DNA from: Microbotryum violaceum
Lineage: Eukaryota
Assembly: GCA_001244265.2 (NCBI GenBank)
Contig: CDLV01000013.1
Coordinates: 1,054,001 to 1,118,000 of the forward strand
Length of the DNA stretch: 64,000 bases
Direction of reading: 5' to 3'
The notes below the pieces were generated by a model, which searched no databases, had not been told where the DNA came from, and saw only the letters and a program-made list of their open reading frames with translations. The position numbers and the translations under genes are program-made. Every line of letters begins with the position of its first letter. The first letter of the stretch is position 1. This document shows, in pieces, positions 49,012 through 62,824 of the stretch.

Positions 49012-50547
49012 ATGAGCTCTTCTTCATCTTCTTCGTCTTCTTCGTCTCGGTCAGCTCCACCGCCGTCCTACTTCCCGACCTATGCGTTGGACCAGGCGTT
49101 CTGCGGCATAGGAGCCGGTATCGTCTCGACGCTATGCATGCAACCCCTCGATCTGCTCAAGGTGCAGTTCCAAGTCGCCACCACCACCGCCACCCCACCG
49201 TCGGCGCCTGTAGCTTCCCCCGCTCCCGGAGGACCACAGGCAGGGGGGGTCGCGTCGATGGCACGAGTCAAGACGATGGCGAGAGCGAGTTTGGGGCATC
49301 AGTCGATCTGGAATGGGTTGACCACGATCGTCAAGGAACGTGAGGGGATCAAGGGACTGTACAGAGGGATCACACCGAACCTAGTGGGTAATGCAACGAG
49401 TTGGGGTTTATACTTCCTGTGGTCAGTCCCCAGGCGCCCGGCCGACGGATCATGCTCGGGCCACACATGCAGCTGCACTGACAACCAGTTTCCATCCCGA
49501 CAGGTACACCATGTTGAAGAATCGAGCGATGGAGAAATCACAGGCGGGGGGAGCGTCTACACTTTCCCCGGCGCAACATTTGTTGGCTTCCGCTGAATCG
49601 GGTCAGTCACGTGAGAAGAGGAGGAGAGGGCGATGACTTTAACGAGGAAGGAGACGGACGATGAAGATTTCCAAGCCGGTCGTGCAAGCGAGCATGGAAG
49701 ACCACTGAATTGATTTCCCGTTCGTCTGACTGACCCTCATCATCAGGTGTCATCACCGCGGTCATGACCAATCCTCTCTGGGTCGTCAAAACTCGCATGT
49801 TCACCACCTCGGCCTCGCAGCAGACTGCTTACAAGGGTGTGCTCGGTACGTCATCTCCAGTACATACGAAACCCCCAAACCTATGGGAGTTACATACTTA
49901 CTCTTCTTCCACTTTTCAACTCCTGAATAGACGGGCTCTACCGCCTCGCAACGGAAGAAGGGGTCCGAGGTCTCGGCAAAGGTTTGGTCCTGGCCTTGAT
50001 CGGCGTCTCGAACGGCGCGATTCAGTTCATGACGTACGAAGAATTGAAGGGGTGGAGGCAAGAGGTCAAGCGACGGAGATTGGGACCGGGTGCGGACGAA
50101 AGCAAGATCAAGGAACTGGTCAGTTTTTCGCTCGCTCGAGATGTAGTACGAATACCATCGAGGCGTTCACCATCTGACCCATGTTTATCCCCTCTTCCAC
50201 AGACCAACACGGAATACATACTCATGTCCGGATCCGCCAAGCTCGTCGCGATCGGTTTGACCTACCCCTACCAAGTCGTGCGCTCTCGGATCCAATACCA
50301 ATCCCTCCTCGTGTCCCGCATCGAACCCTACAAATCCATCCCCGATTGCATCCGGAGGACCTACCTCGAAAGTGGGTGGAAAGGGTTTTACAAAGGCTTG
50401 GGGACGAACGCGGTGAGGATATTGCCCGGGACGTGCGTGACTTTTGTGGTTTATGAGCAGTTGAGTAGGGGTTTGGAGAGGAGGGCTAGGAGGGAAAGGG
50501 ACGGGAGAGGGAAGGAAGGAGAGGTGGACATACGGACACAGAGTTGA
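49012..50547 (+). CDS. FLX1: Mitochondrial FAD/folate carrier (SLC25A32/Flx1-like)
   Basis: Three PxDxxK/R carrier signatures (QPLDLLK, NPLWVVK, YPYQVVR); GNATSWGLYF; GAIQFMTYEELK. Confidence 0.8.
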
Positions 50548-51177
50548 GCGGGTTGGGGAGCTTGTGCAGGTTTCTTTTATTTTCTTGTCGCATGATAGAG
50601 TACGTGTATGTCTTTCGTTCAGTTGTAATGACTCTCGTTTGAATAGAAGATGGTCAATGGCGAGGGGCCCAAGCGAGCAAGATTTGAGATGAACGACTAT
50701 TGATTTCAACATGTTTAAAGAACCTAGTTCCCATGTTGTACCTGAGCCAAAGCAATTTGACCTCCGCCTCTGGTTACCCGATCGTAAGAACATTACTCGA
50801 AAGTCCTGAGAATCATCTAGATTCCCTAAATCCACCTCGAGCGCTTCTTCCTGAGTACCAGAGGCGACCCCGGACCTACATCCTCCTTTCCATGGTGATC
50901 CGAGCCATGGCGGATGAAAGAGGAGAGTATACGGAGTGGTGCTCAATCTACTCTTTACGACCTAAGCGTGAAAAGTGATTGGCGTGAGACTAAACAGAGG
51001 GGGGGGGGGGGGAGCCGACATCCTACCTAACCAGGAGGTAGGGAGGCAGGTGAGAGAGGAGGTCACGCGCAGTCGAGCCGAGGAGGAGGGAGGAGAGTGG
51101 CGAGCAGCGATCACAGGAGGGGAGGAATGAGAGGAGGGAGAAAGAAGGGAAAGGATAGAGCCGAGCGAGATGGTTCT

Positions 51178-52848
51178 TCACCCGGTCGCTCGGAGACCCA
51201 TACCCAATCGCAAGGCCTGCGTCAACTGGAAGTCAACCGTATCCTCGGACATCTCCCACATCAACATTCCCTGAATACCCTTTTGACGAGCGAGGACACC
51301 CTTGAGCTGCAACGATTGAGGATCGTCGTACGTGATGACCGTTTTCCTCGAGACGTCGTACAAATAAGGCGTCGAGGAGCACTTGTCCCAAGCACGGGTG
51401 TAGCCATTCGTTCCGACGTAGGCACTATCCTTATTGACGAGCACACCGTAATTGATCAATTCCCAGAAGGCGATTTGGTTGCCATCGAGACCGGTGAGAT
51501 CGCCCTTGCCAAGCTTGGTGTAGCCGACGTTGCCCGCGAAAACGCCACCGGAGCTGGTGCCGTTGACAGTGGTGCCGTTCTTGGTGCCGTTGAGCGGGTT
51601 CCAGTTGATCGTCGAGATGTTTTGACCTTGAACACCTTCGCACGGTTTACCAGAGTGATCACCAGGGCAGAAGATGATAGTCTCGTTGTTCTTGGTTACG
51701 ACTTTGACAACCTCCGAGCCCGTCGAAGGCTGCGTGAAGACGTCGCCACCACGAGCGGCCCGCTTGGCCTTGGCACGACGACGCATCGCCTTTTCTTGGC
51801 CTTCCAGGTAAGAGCGATGGAAGACACTCATGTGGCGTGTCGGAGCTTCGGCGATGTTGCGGCGGGCACCGGCGGTCTGAAGGAGCTCGCGACCGGCGAC
51901 CTCGGAGAATTCATCGTCGATAGAGCGCTTGTTGACCAAGGTCGTCTTGGACGAGGCCGAGACATAGCCGTAGCCGGGGACCCCCATCAAAATCTTGCTC
52001 GCGGGCATACCGGCAAGGGTCCAACTCTGGATTGCGCTGTTCATGTTCGCGAAAGGCTGGTTCGAGTTGGGGCACGCGTTCTCCAGCGGGGCGTTGGGAC
52101 CCGGGCTCGGCGATGCTCCCCAGACATCGTAGTTCATGACGAGGATACCATCAAGAACGGTGGCGAAAGCCGAGACGTCGGCGAGAGGGTTTTCTTGGGC
52201 ATCGATGAACGTTTGCTGTGTTGTGCAAGTCGAGAGTCGGGACGTAGGAAGGACGCGACGAAGATCTTGCAAGAACAAGAGGAAATTGGCCGTGTCGTCC
52301 GCGGAGATGGCATTGCCCGAAGCACCCTCAGTGCCCGGGTACTCCCAATCGATGTCGACACCATCGGCGCCCGTTCGTGTAACCATCGCGGCGATGTTCT
52401 TGGCAAAGTTGTTGCGACGAGTGCGAGTCGAGACAGCATTGGAGAACTTGCCTGAGTCGGACCAACCACCGATCGAGATGACAACCTTGGTATCGTTGGC
52501 GTGGCCCCTCTTGACGAGTTCGGCCAAGAGCGTTTCCGAGTTCCATTGCGAGAACTTGACACCGTAGTTGTCGGTCGAAATCACGTAGGGCACCGCGAAG
52601 GCTACACGAGCGAGGGGCCCATCCCGAGGTAAGTATCCTGTTTAACAGAGACAAGTTGGGCGAAGAAGCAGGACGTACCAAAGTGGATCAAGTCGAACAT
52701 TCTGTAATTGATGTTGGCCGGGGGGAGCGTGTCACCTTGCCAATCGGGGTAGTACGCGCCAGAGATCATGCTATCGACTATGGGCCAAACTGCACCCGCA
52801 GCGGTCGTGGTGGCCGCAGGGGGGACGGTCGTGGCCTTAACGGTCGTA

Positions 52849-52880
<32 letters not shown>

Positions 52881-53788
52881 ACTCTTGGTTGTGGACTTGG
52901 TGGTAGTAGACGCCTTGCTCGTGCTGATGCGCGGAAGCACAAAGAGTTTCAGATTTTCAGTAGCACGATCGCGAGCAAACACGGAATGCGCAGCAAATGC
53001 AGTCGACTGACGTTGTACTGGAAGCCGTCGTAGTCCTAGGGGTTGCAGACTTCATCGTCGTTGTGGCCCTATGAGTGAAGAAATGCCCTCGAATGTCAGG
53101 AATCTTGATCACAAAGAGAAGGGAGAAGGATGGAGCGCTGAAAGCGATCCTGACGCGGGTAACAATCGTCATAGAGCCCGAATGAGTAAACCCACGAAGT
53201 TCTGAACGTTGGCGACTTTGGATTAGGAATTGTCCGAGGCTTGGTGAAGTCACGGAACGCCACAGGTGCGCGCCTTTCCACCATGTTACCAAAGAAGCGG
53301 CCAGCAAACGACGAGAGTGACCGACGGAAGCCGGAGGACTGGGCTTCTGACGCGGCCCGTTCGTCACAAGCTTTGGGGTTGGTGGTCGCCCTTGGCTCGG
53401 GTGCTCGCTTGGCGAAGGCGTAACCTTTGGAGGCCCTCTTGGGATTGGGGACCGCACGCTTGGGTATAATTCGCTCGACAACGATGGGCTTGGAGTTTGA
53501 TCGGGCAGCGCGCTGTCGGTCGGCGAGCACAAGGTTGGCGGCGGCGGCATTTCGACGTTGGCGCAGGCGCTCCAGGGGCTCACCGGGCCCAAGTTGGGCC
53601 GAGGTACGAGCGAACAGAGGTTCAGCTAATGCAGCACGTCGTTGGTTTGTAGGCAGTGCCGAAGCGGTCGAGGCGCAGAGCACAAGCGTCAAAAAGGCGG
53701 CGGCGCCGAGGGAGAGCCACCGCCCGGGCGCCGACGTGGCGCATCGGGGGATGTTGAGTGACACCGAAGGGCGGGAAGAGGAGGGCAT
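51178..53788 (-). CDS. Secreted GH18 chitinase with long basic pro-region and Thr-rich linker
   Basis: SIGGW, DGVDIDWEYPG (intact DxDxE), MNYD, PYLY..ITYDDPQS, GMLMWE; signal/hydrophobic segment; three introns splice in frame. Confidence 0.93.
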
Positions 53789-55184
53789 CGCGGATGCCGG
53801 AGAGCGCTCGTTCACAGAACGGCGTTGAGATGTGGTGACAGAGGGAATGACGGCGGAGCAAGGAGTCAGGCAACGACTAGCGTTGAACTGATCGAATGTG
53901 GTGAGAGAGGGGCTACGTCGGAGGACGGCGACGAGCGGGGAGATGGAGAACTGGTTCCGATGAATCGCTGAGAAAGGGTCTTGTGGAAAATGGCTAGGAG
54001 AGAAAGGGGTAAGCTTTTTCAAGAGTGTCGGGATTGTAGTAGATGGAGGGAACCAGCCTCGGGGGGTGTTGGGGGAAGATTTGGAAGTTGGGGGTCGGGC
54101 GCCGGGCTCTGGGAAGTTGGATGGATGGGATAAAAAGAAGAAGAGAAGGAGAGAAGGGCTGAGATGCGATGCGCTCCGCTGCGCGGATTAGCGAGTGATT
54201 AGCGCGGATCACTGCGGATCAGCCAAACGTCGATTCTTGGAAGGTGGCAATTCGCACAAAGGTAATGCGCAATTGTGGAACACGCACTTCCCTTGGCACC
54301 TAGCCGGACCCCCGCCTGTCCAGCCCTGCCCGCGTTTCAATTATCGATCGCGCGAGGGTTGATTCAAGGATCTACCAGCCTCGCCTGCCCTGCAGGGCCG
54401 CAGGGCCGCAGCTAGCACGCCTCTCCATCGTGAGCTGCATTCGACATGACGTCGGTCGATGCCGCTCCCGTGCCAATTATAGTGCAGCAGCAGCATCAGA
54501 ACAGCGTGTGAAGCATACAGCGCTCACTCGGTAGCCTAGACTTCATTCAGTCGTATTTCATAAACTATTCTAGCTGCGAAGTTGATACGTCTACGTAAAG
54601 TTTTCGCTCATGGTCATTTTCATTAATGCGATAGTAACTACCCGATATGTCCCGAACTTCACGTAACAAACTAGAGCACAGAAGTCCGAATATTCAGATC
54701 AAATCCACAAATTGCCATCATACCCTGGGCACCGGTGATGGGACAATTTAGAGGTTTCCGGGGGGGGGGGGGGGGGGGGTGCGAAGAACCGCCGCATCGC
54801 GCACGGACCCCTCTGCGGAGTCCGCGCGCGCGGGGCTGCCCGCCATCTTGCGCAAGTCAGAGCGACGGCGCGCGCTTCCCCGGAGTCTGCCCTGCCATCC
54901 GCTGCTATCGAGAGGATTGGCTAATCCCGACAACGCCGACAGGTGCAGCCTACCGCACCCTCGTAGAGATTTGACGACGCCACCTCGAGGACCAGGAAGA
55001 GTCGCAACTTGAGCCCGAATGCAATGAAAGGACCTGGAGCAGTCCTTTCGCTTCTCTCTCTCCTTCTCATCACTTTCCATCTCGGATAACTGCTCTCGGC
55101 TTCCCACCCACCCCTCACTGCACCCCGAGCGCATCTGCCAGCACCAACGGCCTGGATACTCAACCCGCCTCACAGTCTCGCACC

Positions 55185-56364
55185 ATGCTCTTCACCACTC
55201 CCATCATGATGATGCTCGCTTCGGCACAGATCGCCTTCACATTACCTCACATGCAAACATCCGACATGGATGTTACCGCCAAGGGCCGTTTGCTCATGGC
55301 GCGCAGTGTTGCTATCCCGAGGACGGGCACTCGGTAGACCCCCACTCGCTGGCCTTGGAATTCGCGCGGATGCGGCGATTGCGCAGTCGACTGCCTGAAC
55401 CCGAGCCGTGAGTTTCATCTCTCACTAGAAGCTACCGACCACATCAAATCTTGTTACTGAACTTTTCTTTTGCCTTCATCCCTAGTGTCCTCGTGGCTCA
55501 GACAAAGCCCATGCTCCAGCGCCGCGGCATCCGCTCGCCTCGAGTGAAGCCCACAAACGCGAGTGCGAAACCTACGGTCTCTAAGGCCACCGCCACCGCT
55601 TCGGCATCTTCGAACGTTACTTCCTCTCAGACCCCGTCTCCAACTTGGACCCCCGTGGCGAACCCCAAGATCAAGAGCTCGACCCACAATGTGCACAACA
55701 TTTCGTCGATTCCTCATCCTCATGTGGGCCGAAAGAACGTCACTACCACTCCCATCGTTTTCATCCCTTCAACCATCAACGTCACCGTCGTCTATTCTCT
55801 CAATACTACCAACGCCAATGCGACCTCGAACAGTACCTTACCGCGTCGCTCGGTCATCGTTGCACGCAGTCGCAAGGTCTCTCCCGGTGTGCAGACGTTC
55901 GCACCCAAGTCATCCACCGCCTCGAAGCGTGATGCTATTCCCAAGACGAGGAAAGCTTCCCCGCCATCGAGGTCTTCCGCGCTTCGTCTACCATCACTTC
56001 GGCCTCCTCGACGGTCCACTCCAAGCGTAGCGTCATCTCGAAGGAACGCAAGCGCTCTCCCGCACTCGACACTTTCAAGGCCAAAACTTCCGAGTCCCGT
56101 CTCCGAGTCAAGCGCGACGATCCGACCACCCGTGAGACCGAGGAAGTCCGAGCTGCGCAGCCCACTCAAGCCGAGATTAAAGCCGTGCAGCAGCTTTTGC
56201 CGGAGCCCGAACACTCGAGCGGACGAGGTGCTGGACCTTTCTTCGCCGTTCGAAACCGCCAAAAGCGATACGTCATCGACGCCGTCCCCGTCGAAAGCCG
56301 AGGTATGGGTGGCTACAGGCACTCGATTCCTATGCCCAACGCCCAACCCGCCTCTCTCCTCTAA
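55185..56364 (+). CDS. Putative secreted S/T-rich precursor with multiple KR sites; two -1 frameshifts in this sequence
   Basis: Signal-like MLFTTPIMMMLASAQIAFTLP; intron 55408-55485; adding one C at 55316-18 and one at 55940-42 gives a single ORF ending at TAA 56362. Confidence 0.55.
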
Positions 56365-57285
56365 ACCGATGGATTGCACTCCGACCATCTTCACCCCCAC
56401 ATTCTCTTTCTCGGGTTCTCAATCGAAAGGTGTCGGGACGCAAGCTCGTACCCTCTTTCGCTGGTCATTGGGGTTTCTTCATCAAGACAAGTTTTATTTT
56501 GAGTTCTCGTGCCAGAACATCCGAACCACTCGACGTGGGTTCTCGCATGATTCTGATGAAAAAAAAAAAAAGGTCCTTCGGTTCATCTAGTAACCGAAGG
56601 TACATCACCTGGGGTGATGTTGGTCGCTCCTGCACTCTTCTTTGCTGCGGCGTCTTCGTTTCCTTTTTCGGGTTATTCCATCTTGTTGTTGTTGTCGTAC
56701 GACGGTCTTTTTTTTCTTAGGGCAGTAGTCTCCCGCGTACGTCTCAGTTCAAATAGAAAGATTCCTCTAGTAGCTTCGCGATTTTTTGAGTCGATGGAAC
56801 GAGATCTTGCCCTGACCATTCATACCGCGCCTCTTTTGAGAGCAGCTGTTTCACTCTCGGATCGGTGCGTTCTTCGTGTTTTGACAAGTTCGGATGTCAT
56901 TTCAAGAAAGAAAAGCATCCATTTTTCTTTGTGTTGGAAGGCTACCCCAGTTGAATTCCTACATTACGAGGTCGAGTCCACGGGCACATCTTGAGTTGGA
57001 GCCGGGAAGAGAAGCCGGAACTGGGTTAAAGGAGATAATGTGAGACTCGCACGGGGAAGGAGAGGAAAGCAAAACTCGGGATAGGAAGGGGTGAACGAAA
57101 GCACGTCGTACAGATAGACACAAGCGGGGCAGGCGAAGGGGGTAGAGAAGGCACATATTGGAGGAGAGATCTCCCAACATAAGAGAAGGGGAAGGGAATA
57201 GGGCGCGGATGAGAGAAAGACCAATCTAACCATACAGAAAAACCATCACAAAAGATCAACACTGATCCGAGACGAACTCGTTATT

Positions 57286-59843
57286 TCAATTGTACGACCC
57301 CGGTTGACGCGACGGCCATCCATTCGCTTGCTGCTGCTGCTGCCCTTGTTGTTGCGGCGGCGGGATGATGTAATAATCGCCCTGCGGTGCCGAACCATGA
57401 TGTTGCCCCGCGTTGCCTTGTTGGTTCCATCCTCCTTGTTGAGAGGCATACCCTCCGAACGAGTTCTGAGGCACGTGGTATGGTCCGCCGCGGTGCTGCG
57501 CTTGTTGGTGCTGTTGCGACATGTAGGGTTGTTGCTGCTGGTGTTGTTGAGGCTGTTGCTGCTGCTGCTGCTGCGGCACGAATGCGCTCGCATGTTCGTT
57601 CAGTCGAGGGCTCAGCACGTTCTGCGCGTGGTGTTGCTGCTGATGGGAGGGGTGGTGTTGCGTCGAGCCAGGAACGCCGTAGTGATCCGATGCCGAAGGC
57701 GGACGCATATAAGGCTGGTTCTGTTGCACGGGGATGTTTTGCGATTGATGGGCCTGAGTCGGGCGGGCGGCGTGGATCGGAGGGAGGACCGTTCGTGCGG
57801 CTTGCGAGGCAGGCTGCGTTGACGTCGGGGGCGGGGTCGGCGTTGCGTGGGGGTAGGGATGACGGGGGAGAGCACCGGCAGCGGTGAGACCTTGATGGGA
57901 CACAGGGACGGGAGCAGGGATCTGTGGTGAGAGCACTTGGGTCACCGGCGCCGGGGCGCTGGTTTGTGCAGCTGGGGCAGCGGATTGGGTCGTCGCGTTG
58001 GTCTTAGCCGGGGTTGGAGCTGAAGGCTCTTGTTGATCGATCTCGCTGCGCTTCGATGCCAAAGTCCTGGCCCTGGGTTGAGCAGAAGCTTCGGCAGCCG
58101 ATGGGGGTGCAGCCGCCTCGGCCTCAACTGCAGCACTCGTCTCGGCAGCAAGTGCGGCTGCTTCCTTTTCCTCCACGCGTCGTTTCTCCTCTCGCTCCGC
58201 CTTGATCGCGACGACTTTCTCGTCGAGGTCGGTCGGCCAGATCTCGAGACTGGTCGAGCCCAACTTGGACGCGTACTTTTGCTCGATCGAAAGGATGTAC
58301 TCGACGAGGGAATGCAAAGGACGTGTCTCGAGCCACTCCCGTTTCGCCTCGTTCGAGAAAGCCGGCGAAGCGGACCAAGTGCCTTGGCTGATGTCGAGGA
58401 TCTGTTCCCGCGCAGCGAGTTTGGCATCGCACTGCTTGCACAACCACGAAAGATCGGAATCGACGACCGAATCTTGAATGTTGGGCTCGGCGCACGACTG
58501 GTGCCACCCTCGCGCACACGAATCGCAAATCACGAGGCGGTTACGCCCCGGTGAGTGACCCTCACTGCATTTTTGGCACATGAGGAACGTATCGGGGTTA
58601 AAGACGGCACGCTTGCGACGATGAACAGTGGGCTTCGTCGTCGGCGTGAAGCTCTTAGGTTTCTGCACCCGGCGACCAAACTTGGTCATCGCGGCTTTGG
58701 GTCGGTTACCGCTCGAGGCGTCGAAATCGTCGGGAAGCTCCTCGCTCGGGTCCAAAGGTCGCGAACCATCACCGGTGTAGCCTGCCTGCCTGCGAGCCTC
58801 GTCATTGAGGAAGTCCGAGTCGTCACTGCCTTCGCCATCCTCGTCTTCGCTATCGGGCCTGGTCCTCTTCCCCGCGGGGCGAGTCGTCGCAGTGCCCCTC
58901 CCTCCCCTGGCCCGGCTACCACGGGGTCGCCCGCGGGGACGTCCTCTAGGTTTGGGACCGGCCGCAAACCCTGCACCAGACGACGTTCCGGCGGCGGCGG
59001 CGGTGATGTGGGCCGCGGGTGCTCGAGGAGCGGCTGGTCGAGTATCGACGCCGGGGTTCTTCCTTGGTCGGCCGCGCGGTCGCTTCGGAGGCACACCCGG
59101 GACGCCGGACTGCACCAGGGGCGGCATCACCTGAGCCTGTGCGGTGAGACCACCACTGGTCGTAGCATTCGACGAGGAGGACGCTCCCGGGGTGGTGTTG
59201 GTTCCGTTCGTGGGTGCGGAGGACGCGAGGCCGTTCTGGGTCGGGTGGGCGGCCGCGCCAGGTGCTGGTGCCGGTGCTGTGGCGGCTGCTGGTGCTGGGG
59301 CTGCAAGTGCGCCGGCCGCGACGACCGAGGCGTACGAAGGCTGCTGCTGCTGCTGCTGCGCCGAGGCGCCCGCGGTGGTCGAACCCTGCGCCGATGTTGA
59401 CGACGATGCCGACAGGGAAGGGTCTACTGCAATGTCGAGGGTGGTAGGGTGGTTCGGTTTGGTCGAGTGAGCATTCGAGGTGGCGTGTTGCTGCTGCTGT
59501 TGCTGCTGCTGTTCGCCGGTGGTCGACGCAATCAGCCCCACACGAATTGGGTGTAACGCAATGGGTGAGTATGGCAGAGAGACACAATCACAGAAAGAGC
59601 GGGACCAAAAAGCATTGCGGGTGCCCAACTCACGCCATCAAACACGAGCCCGACGGGGATATCGTGCAAGTTCTCCTCAAAGTCCAAGCTCGAGCTCGCT
59701 CCGGCTCCATTGGCGCCGCCATCGTTGGAGGTCGCACCTGGATTTCCATTCGCGCACACACAAGGTCAGTCAGAGCTGAGGAGCCTGATGAGCCTGTAGA
59801 ACCAAGCCAAAATGAGCGACAACGACGCACCAAACGGATCCAT
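57286..59843 (-). CDS. PHD finger + AT-hook chromatin protein (Phf1/Phf2-like)
   Basis: AT-hooks KRPRGRPRK and PRGRPRGRPR; PHD CQKC..ICDSC..WHQSC..WLCKQC; Q-rich tail. Confidence 0.8.
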
Positions 59844-60459
59844 GATGGGAGGGGTAAGTGATTAAGTATGGTACAGGTGGGCGGACTACCTATGGCGCAC
59901 GAAACGAAGGGGAAGAAGCCGGCAGGCAGCAGCACGCGCGCTTTCAAGAACTCGACTCCACAGTAGTCGCGGGCGCGCGCAGCTTTATCAACAGGCTCGG
60001 ATGACCGCCACCGCGCCAGCGGGCTCGGGACCGAATATGTGTGACCGCGATGAGCAGGGACACTGCAGTCACTCAATTTGGTCAGGGGTAGGTCAGAGGA
60101 AAGATGCCAAAGACAGCTTTCGAGCCTCAAGTTCCAACTGTGTCTGCGTGAGAAAAGAAAAAGACGGCGTGAGCCCCAGGCCCCCAGGTTGGAAGTTCGT
60201 GCCTGGCCGGCCTGGCCTCCCAGCTGGTGAAAAAAAAAAAAAAAAAGGCGAAACTCGTTTGTCTCACGTGTCCCACGTTGGCCCGGCTCGCCCGCCGTAG
60301 TTTCGGGAGTCCCCGAGATCCAGAAAAGAGCGATGCAATTCAGCATTCAGCAGGACTCGTGTCGCACGGACTCTGACAAGTCACGCCTCAGGTCCACAGA
60401 CATCAAAATTTTGGATTCGATTTACTGAAAACAGCTTTTCATTTCTGATGGCCTTCACA

Positions 60460-62201
<1,742 letters not shown>

Positions 62202-62824
62202 GGATGCGATCGCGCTAGACTGAGCAGAGGAGTAAGGCGAGAAAGTATAGAAGAGGCTTGATCACAGAATATGGGTGCGGTGCGAACAGTGGATCGGGGA
62301 GAGAAGAGGGCGACGTATGGGGAATACCGGAAGGGAGTAATACTTGGACGGAGCTCGAGTCGAGTCCTTGCGACGAGTGAACGAGAGTGAGCGTGAGCGC
62401 TTGAGCGCTTGAGAGCTTGAGCGGCGACGAGCGGCCGACGGCGGCGGCGAGAGACATTCCTGTGGATTACCAAGCTGTAGAGGCACAGCACTTTCGCCCG
62501 GTCAAGTGTTGGAAAACTGAGAGTCTCATCTTTTGTGATTTTTGCAGTTTGTGGCACGCTTGTAGGCCAAAAGAGCAGGTGGTATTCCCCAATGCAGCTG
62601 TTTACTAACAGCGGGTTAGAACACCTCTGAGGCCCAAAATTTGTCCAGCCCACGAGTGTTGGCATGTGGGGGCCACAGTGAGATCCCTCCGTTCCGTTTC
62701 GCTGCTACCCGACTGCACCACGTCGCGACCAAGTCACTTCGTACTGTGAGCAAGCGTCGCTGTGCTTCTCTTTGGAACCCGTACGCTCGAAGCTGATGCT
62801 GTTGCCCGCTTCGCAGACGTTAGG

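Noticed and set aside
51097..52455. 452-aa plus-strand ORF
   Set aside because: Antisense shadow of the chitinase; the same applies to most short overlapping ORFs in the track
54760..54779. Poly-G tracts (also near 38755, 39705 and 51000) and poly-T/A tracts (13643, 34346, 60230)
   Set aside because: Simple homopolymers in introns or intergenic DNA with no evidence of function
55940..56590. C-terminal part of the 379-aa ORF 55451..56590 as given
   Set aside because: After 55942 the -1 frame continues the repeat/KR pattern, while the listed frame runs into T-rich 3' UTR-like sequence
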